Position numbers and translations under genes: made by a program | Notes under the pieces: generated by a model | Database searches by the model: none | Told to the model about the DNA's origin: nothing | Seen by the model: only the letters and a program-made list of their open reading frames with translations | Shown here: positions 27,547 to 32,000 of the stretch, piece by piece | How positions within the stretch are numbered: the stretch's first letter is position 1 | Layout: the number at the start of each line of letters is the position of its first letter | Source of the DNA: Candidatus Heimdallarchaeota archaeon | Lineage (GTDB): Archaea > Asgardarchaeota > Heimdallarchaeia > JABLTI01 | DNA length: 32,000 bases | Assembly (NCBI GenBank): GCA_030614005.1 | Contig: JAUWKS010000005.1 | Coordinates: 1-32,000 of the forward strand | Direction of reading: 5' to 3'

Positions 27547-28680
27547 TTAATTCAATAATTGATACAACATTCCAAGAAGGAAAGCTAAACCAATAAACAT
27601 GATAATGCGGATTGCATACCTCATCAGTGGGCTACGCATTGCTTTTCTACTACCTCCAACAACATCCATTGTTGGAACTTTCGGAGCTTTAAAGTTACTA
27701 ACTAAATCATTAATCATTTTCATAGTTTCATTATTACCAAAAAGAGAATATGCTGTTTCATATAATTCTTGAGAAATGAAAAATTCTTTGATAATCTCTG
27801 GATCAATAGTATCTTTATCTAATTCCGTCTTTATTCTACTAAAAATTTCAATAAGGGCAAGTTCATTCTTGGTTTTAAGAGAAAGATCAATTAGAACAGT
27901 AATACCTGCTGGAGGAATCTTTTGAATCATTCTTCTCAAATAAGGAATTTCTTTTTGATCATCTATAACAGAAGAAAGTTTGTTTTCTAAATCAGTTGCT
28001 GATAATTTCAAATATTGAGTAATTTCTTTTTCAAAACTATATGGAATGCAAAGTGGTTGGAAAGTTTGAATATGCAAAATTCCTTGAATTAGTTCGTCTG
28101 ATAATGTTTCTTTTGTATAACTTCTAATGTATTTTAAAGCGATGTCTAATGCTTGAATTTCACCTGATTCAGAGAATCGATACAGAGCTGCTAAAAGTTT
28201 CTTCTCTTCAGAGAATCCAAAGAAAACCGCTTCCTCAAGAAATCTCCCAAAGAAAAGTAGAAAAATAATTTCTAAACAACCAATCATCAAAGTAATATCT
28301 AATTCTGCAACATCAAATATAACTCCAATAAAGAGGAGAATAAAAATCAATGCAGAAACAATATAACTAATAATCAGTACTGCATTCAAAATTCGAGTTC
28401 GCTTACATATAGAGCATTCCACACTTTCAGAATTATCTACTAATATTTGTGACGATGAGGCTTCCTTATTAATTGCTTTAAATCTTAAAGGTTTAATGTG
28501 AATAGGAAAACCACATTTTTCACACCGAGTAATGTGTGATTGATAATTTTGCTGATTTTCAGGCAACTTATTTTCATTATCTGTTATTCTTTTAACAACA
28601 AAAAGTCTTTGGTGATTTTTTTTATCGTCAATTTTAGTATCAATCAATGCTTCTAGATAATAATCACTTGCCAATTTCAT
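27547..28680 (-). CDS. Hypothetical membrane protein with Zn-ribbon (2x CxxC), two central TMs, a helical domain and a C-terminal TM
   Basis: CEKC...CSIC precede two TMs; C-terminal TM. Start probably ATG 28680 (SD GAGG upstream); the ORF track uses 28722. Confidence 0.65.
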   Translation of the reverse strand: MKLASDYYLEALIDTKIDDKKNHQRLFVVKRITDNENKLPENQQNYQSHITRCEKCGFPIHIKPLRFKAINKEASSSQILVDNSESVECSICKRTRILNAVLIISYIVSALIFILLFIGVIFDVAELDITLMIGCLEIIFLLFFGRFLEEAVFFGFSEEKKLLAALYRFSESGEIQALDIALKYIRSYTKETLSDELIQGILHIQTFQPLCIPYSFEKEITQYLKLSATDLENKLSSVIDDQKEIPYLRRMIQKIPPAGITVLIDLSLKTKNELALIEIFSRIKTELDKDTIDPEIIKEFFISQELYETAYSLFGNNETMKMINDLVSNFKAPKVPTMDVVGGSRKAMRSPLMRYAIRIIMFIGLAFLLGMLYQLLN

Positions 28681-28728
28681 ACCATCCTCAATATCAAAGT
28701 GTTTAGTAAAAAAGAATAACAAAATGAT

Positions 28729-28989
28729 TCATCTTTTACTTGATTGCAGTTTCAAAACTTCCAAAGCTTTCCCAAGAACTTTATCCGAAGAAAGTAAACT
28801 ATCAAAAGTAGAACCGTCATCTAATGAATCCTCAATTGTTTGAACAAAATCCAAAAATTCAGGTGATTCGAGTAACTTTTTAATTTCTTTTTCAGATATG
28901 GAGCTACTTTTCGGCTTTAAATTATCGATGGGATTTTCTTCATTAGTTACGAGAAGATTTTGTAAGTTTTTCTCAGACATACTTATCAT
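28729..28989 (-). CDS. Hypothetical small acidic protein
   Basis: 86-aa ORF co-oriented with and immediately upstream of the Zn-ribbon membrane gene. Confidence 0.55.
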   Translation of the reverse strand: MISMSEKNLQNLLVTNEENPIDNLKPKSSSISEKEIKKLLESPEFLDFVQTIEDSLDDGSTFDSLLSSDKVLGKALEVLKLQSSKR

Positions 28990-29182
28990 TAGATATTCAT
29001 TAGAACAATATTAAAACACCACAATCAATAAAGACTTAGAATCCTCTCTCACAAAATGATCATTATTTCCTCTACTGATATTCTTATAAAGTACAAGTTC
29101 TTTCGTATGAAATCATATTCGTAATTGTGAAGTATGACTGCAAGAGAAATATTAGTATAATTTGAAATTTGGAGAAATAAAA

Positions 29183-29713
29183 GTGAAACTATTAGCAAAA
29201 GTTGTCTTAGCAGGAGATGGCGGAGTTGGAAAAACTACCTTAATCCATCGATACATCACAAATAGTTTTATTGATTCTACAAAAATAACAATAGGTGCTG
29301 CTTTTCATACACACGAAATAGAAACAGAAGAACATAGCGTTTTAGTTCAAATTTGGGATTTGGGAGGACAAGAGCAATTTAAACAAATGGGTATTTTTGG
29401 CAAATATTTCAAAGGTGCCTCAGTATCAATTATTATGTTTGATCTCACTCGACTAAGCACCATTGAAAGTATCCCTGAATGGGCAGACTTGGCTCTAGGT
29501 GCAAGTAATACTAAGATAATTTTAGTTGGTGGGAAGAAAGATCTAGCGGGCGGTATAACCTTTGATAAGGAAACATTCCCTGAATTGTTTGAAAAATACG
29601 ATTTCGTTTCTTACCATGAAACATCATCAGCAACAGGTGAAGGGGTCCTTGAAGTCTTTCAATCGATAGCAAAAACCATCGTTGATTTAACTATAGAGAA
29701 AAAGTCACTTTAA
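29183..29713 (+). CDS. Rab-like small GTPase
   Basis: G1 GDGGVGKT, G2 TIG, G3 WDLGGQE, G4 variant GKKD, G5 TSSA; no C-terminal Cys prenylation motif. Start probably GTG 29183 (SD GGAG 8 nt upstream). Confidence 0.9.
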   Translation: MKLLAKVVLAGDGGVGKTTLIHRYITNSFIDSTKITIGAAFHTHEIETEEHSVLVQIWDLGGQEQFKQMGIFGKYFKGASVSIIMFDLTRLSTIESIPEWADLALGASNTKIILVGGKKDLAGGITFDKETFPELFEKYDFVSYHETSSATGEGVLEVFQSIAKTIVDLTIEKKSL

Positions 29714-29857
29714 ATTGATATTCTGGTAAAGTTATTCAATTTATCTTTGAATAGTATTTCAAAGAATTAATCATAGTAAATACAATAATTATATATTACA
29801 GTAGAACTAAATTTATTCGAAAATTACCAAAGAAAGAATATAGGAGAACCAATAGAA

Positions 29858-30637
29858 ATGTCTGCTGATCCAGTAATACCTGAGTTGAAATCTCTTTTAA
29901 GTTCAATTGTATCACACGGAAAAACTGGCAATGTGCGAGCAGTAGTTCAATCTCTTCATGAATTTGAGAAGAAAGCAAGAAATAAAAAGAATGATCCTAC
30001 TATTCAAGAGCTATTAGCACGAGCATACCGGCATACTTTGGAACCATTTGGTGTTGCAAAGAAATTCAAAGATGTTGAACAGATGCTTATAAAAATAGAA
30101 CATCTTCTGAAAGCAAATTCAGCTTCAGAGGATATGCAAGAAATATTAAGTGATGCATTGAATGCAGCTGTTTTTCATTATATTATGAATGAAAAGGATA
30201 AAGAAATCCATCAAACACTTTCGCGACTTGGCGCATTTGCAAATCAGCACCAAATTAATCCCTTCGTGCAATTTAATTATGCAATGTCTCTTTCAAAAGT
30301 GGCGGAATATTTTGTTGCAAAGGAAAACAAAGATGTGGCTTATAATATTTTGTGGGAAATTATTGGTTTAGTAACGTTTTATCCCGGAAAGGAAATCTTA
30401 ACACAAGTAAGTGAAGGGTTATTACAATGTGTGAAAATTGCTGGGAGTAGACTTAACATGACTGAACTAGATAACTTGGCTAACAGAGTAGATGAATTCA
30501 TTAATTTTACAAACGAATTCGAAATCCAACAGAAGTTAACTGCTTGTCAAGGACTAATATTTCAATTTGTTGCAGGATTACGAATGAGAAATGGTTATAG
30601 TCCTGATGGTAAACTCCAAAAAGGTTTAAAGAAATAG
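29858..30637 (+). CDS. Hypothetical alpha-solenoid (TPR/HEAT-like) protein
   Basis: 259 aa of repeated amphipathic helix pairs with small residues at packing positions; SD GGAG; sits between two Rab-like genes. Confidence 0.6.
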   Translation: MSADPVIPELKSLLSSIVSHGKTGNVRAVVQSLHEFEKKARNKKNDPTIQELLARAYRHTLEPFGVAKKFKDVEQMLIKIEHLLKANSASEDMQEILSDALNAAVFHYIMNEKDKEIHQTLSRLGAFANQHQINPFVQFNYAMSLSKVAEYFVAKENKDVAYNILWEIIGLVTFYPGKEILTQVSEGLLQCVKIAGSRLNMTELDNLANRVDEFINFTNEFEIQQKLTACQGLIFQFVAGLRMRNGYSPDGKLQKGLKK

Positions 30638-30660
30638 ATAAAAAAAACTAATCAAACAAT

Positions 30661-31482
30661 CTAAACACTTTTTTCAAGCATTTGATGTAATATTGATTCT
30701 AAGTGAGCTATTTGAACAATGCCAACTAAATGCCTTCCACCCGCAATAATTGTTGGATAGGCTGTAACTCCATAAGCTTCTGCTAGTCGAGGATCGGTTT
30801 CGGCATCTATCGTTTCAACCTCTAAAGCAAACTTCTTAGCAACTTTCTCAATGTGATTTAAAGCAACCTTTGACCAAGCATCTCCTTTTTTAACAAAAAA
30901 GAGAATCTTTGTAGAGGCTTTTTCAATAATTTTTGGTGAAATATCGGGAATGGGAATAACGCCTGTTACTATTTGTTGAACTATTAAATTAAAAGCGGCA
31001 TCAACATTCGTATCTGTTTTTGCACTTGTGAAAATCAAATTAGCTTTTGCTGCTGGAGTATCGCCTAAAGTTTTAATATTATAAGATAATGGAAGATGTT
31101 TTTTTTGTGCTAAATCAAGTTTAGTTCCGACTAAAATAACTGGAACATCCTTTTGATTATTAGCTGTTTTAAGATCCTCATACCAACCAGGTAAATTGTT
31201 AAACGTTTCAGGCTTAGTTAAGTCATATGTTAAAAGAGCCCCTGAAGCTCCCTGCAAATATCTCAGACCAATTTTTCGCCTGCTCTTTTGGCCAGCTATA
31301 TCCCATATCATAAGTTTTACTTCTGCACCTGGGTATTCAAAAGTTCTAACATAAAAATTGAGGCCTAAGGTGGTCATATAATCTCTCTGAAATCTATCAT
31401 AAATATACCTTTGAACTAAGCTTGTTTTACCTACGCCTGGGTCGCCAAGTAAAACGATTTTTCTTTGGTACAATTTTGTCAA
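30661..31482 (-). CDS. Rab-like small GTPase fused to a C-terminal thioredoxin-fold domain without CxxC
   Basis: G1 GDPGVGKT, G2 TLG, G3 WDIAGQ, G4 TKLD, G5 SAK. aa 191-273 follow the archaeal thioredoxin/glutaredoxin pattern, including the cis-Pro motif YGVTAYPT. Confidence 0.85.
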   Translation of the reverse strand: MTKLYQRKIVLLGDPGVGKTSLVQRYIYDRFQRDYMTTLGLNFYVRTFEYPGAEVKLMIWDIAGQKSRRKIGLRYLQGASGALLTYDLTKPETFNNLPGWYEDLKTANNQKDVPVILVGTKLDLAQKKHLPLSYNIKTLGDTPAAKANLIFTSAKTDTNVDAAFNLIVQQIVTGVIPIPDISPKIIEKASTKILFFVKKGDAWSKVALNHIEKVAKKFALEVETIDAETDPRLAEAYGVTAYPTIIAGGRHLVGIVQIAHLESILHQMLEKSV

Positions 31483-31554
31483 TAGATCTCGACCTCTTTA
31501 TGAAAAGGAGTTTTAATTCCTTTTGTAAGTTTTGTTCTATACATTTAATAAATA

Positions 31555-32000
31555 CTAGTTTACTACTGTGGTAATTTCACACCCATTCTCAGTAATAATA
31601 ATTGTATGTTCTGCTTGAGCAACAGGTGTTTGACTTTTACTAACTAGCATAGGATATCGGGTTAAAGTATTATATGAAATTAATTCTTTTAATGCTTCAA
31701 ATAATCTTGTTTGAGACATTAGCTCTTCTAGCCAGCGCAAAGCAAAAGGCAATCCATTGTATTGTTCTACAAAATCACGGATTGTTTTTGAATCGGGTGA
31801 TTTGGCTTTTGAACCTATTTTAGAAAAAATATAACTATAGGATTCATCATAAATCTTCTCAGAACCTTGTGCTGTAGTTACAAAAGGTTCAATTGCAAGA
31901 ACTTGACCCGCTTTTAATTTCGGTCCGAGAAAACCAAACTTAGGTTTCGAATTTGGAATACTGATTCCAGTGTGAAGTTTCCAACGTTCAATGACATGAC
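31555..32000 (-). CDS. map: Type II methionine aminopeptidase, C-terminal part; gene runs off the right edge
   Basis: The frame is open to the window end: HVIERWKLHTGISIPN...LAIEPF...LPFALRWL (type II insert)...YPML...VAQAEHT, with the metal-ligand His and Glu residues. Confidence 0.93.
   Translation of the reverse strand, partial: HVIERWKLHTGISIPNSKPKFGFLGPKLKAGQVLAIEPFVTTAQGSEKIYDESYSYIFSKIGSKAKSPDSKTIRDFVEQYNGLPFALRWLEELMSQTRLFEALKELISYNTLTRYPMLVSKSQTPVAQAEHTIIITENGCEITTVVN

Noticed and set aside
1-32000. CRISPR arrays, tRNA/rRNA genes, IS elements, integrases or prophage genes
   Set aside because: No regularly spaced direct repeats, cloverleaf-like GC-rich segments, transposase motifs or terminal inverted repeats seen; intergenic gaps are all short (under about 260 nt) and AT-rich.

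Overview
Gene-dense, AT-rich archaeal chromosomal window with 32 supportable CDSs (two truncated at the window edges). I found no rRNA, tRNA, CRISPR array or mobile element. The archaeal housekeeping genes (Kae1, Sua5/TsaC, RadA-family recombinase, type II MetAP, GGTGA/GAGG Shine-Dalgarno sites) occur together with eukaryote-signature proteins (one Arf-family and two Rab-like GTPases, a longin-domain protein, an AN1 zinc finger). This points to an Asgard archaeon, possibly Heimdallarchaeia (inference). Left part: cell-surface and transport genes (bactofilin-like beta-helix, 7TM protein, PGY-CTERM surface glycoprotein, GT-C glycosyltransferase, FtsX-type permease, P1B-2 ATPase, ABC-2 exporter). 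The best candidate for an undescribed system is the minus-strand block at 18.8-22.9 kb: a longin/winged-helix/DENN-like protein, two length-matched coiled-coil + winged-helix paralogues, an Arf GTPase and a small coupled ORF. Other notable items: a Rab-like GTPase fused to a CxxC-less thioredoxin, a RadA paralogue with the PALGxxW motif of eukaryotic RAD51 paralogues, a candidate ECF importer for molybdopterin with an exported sulfite-oxidase-fold protein, and an AN1-finger pseudo-site-2-protease. All domain calls are by-eye motif recognition; no database search was run.
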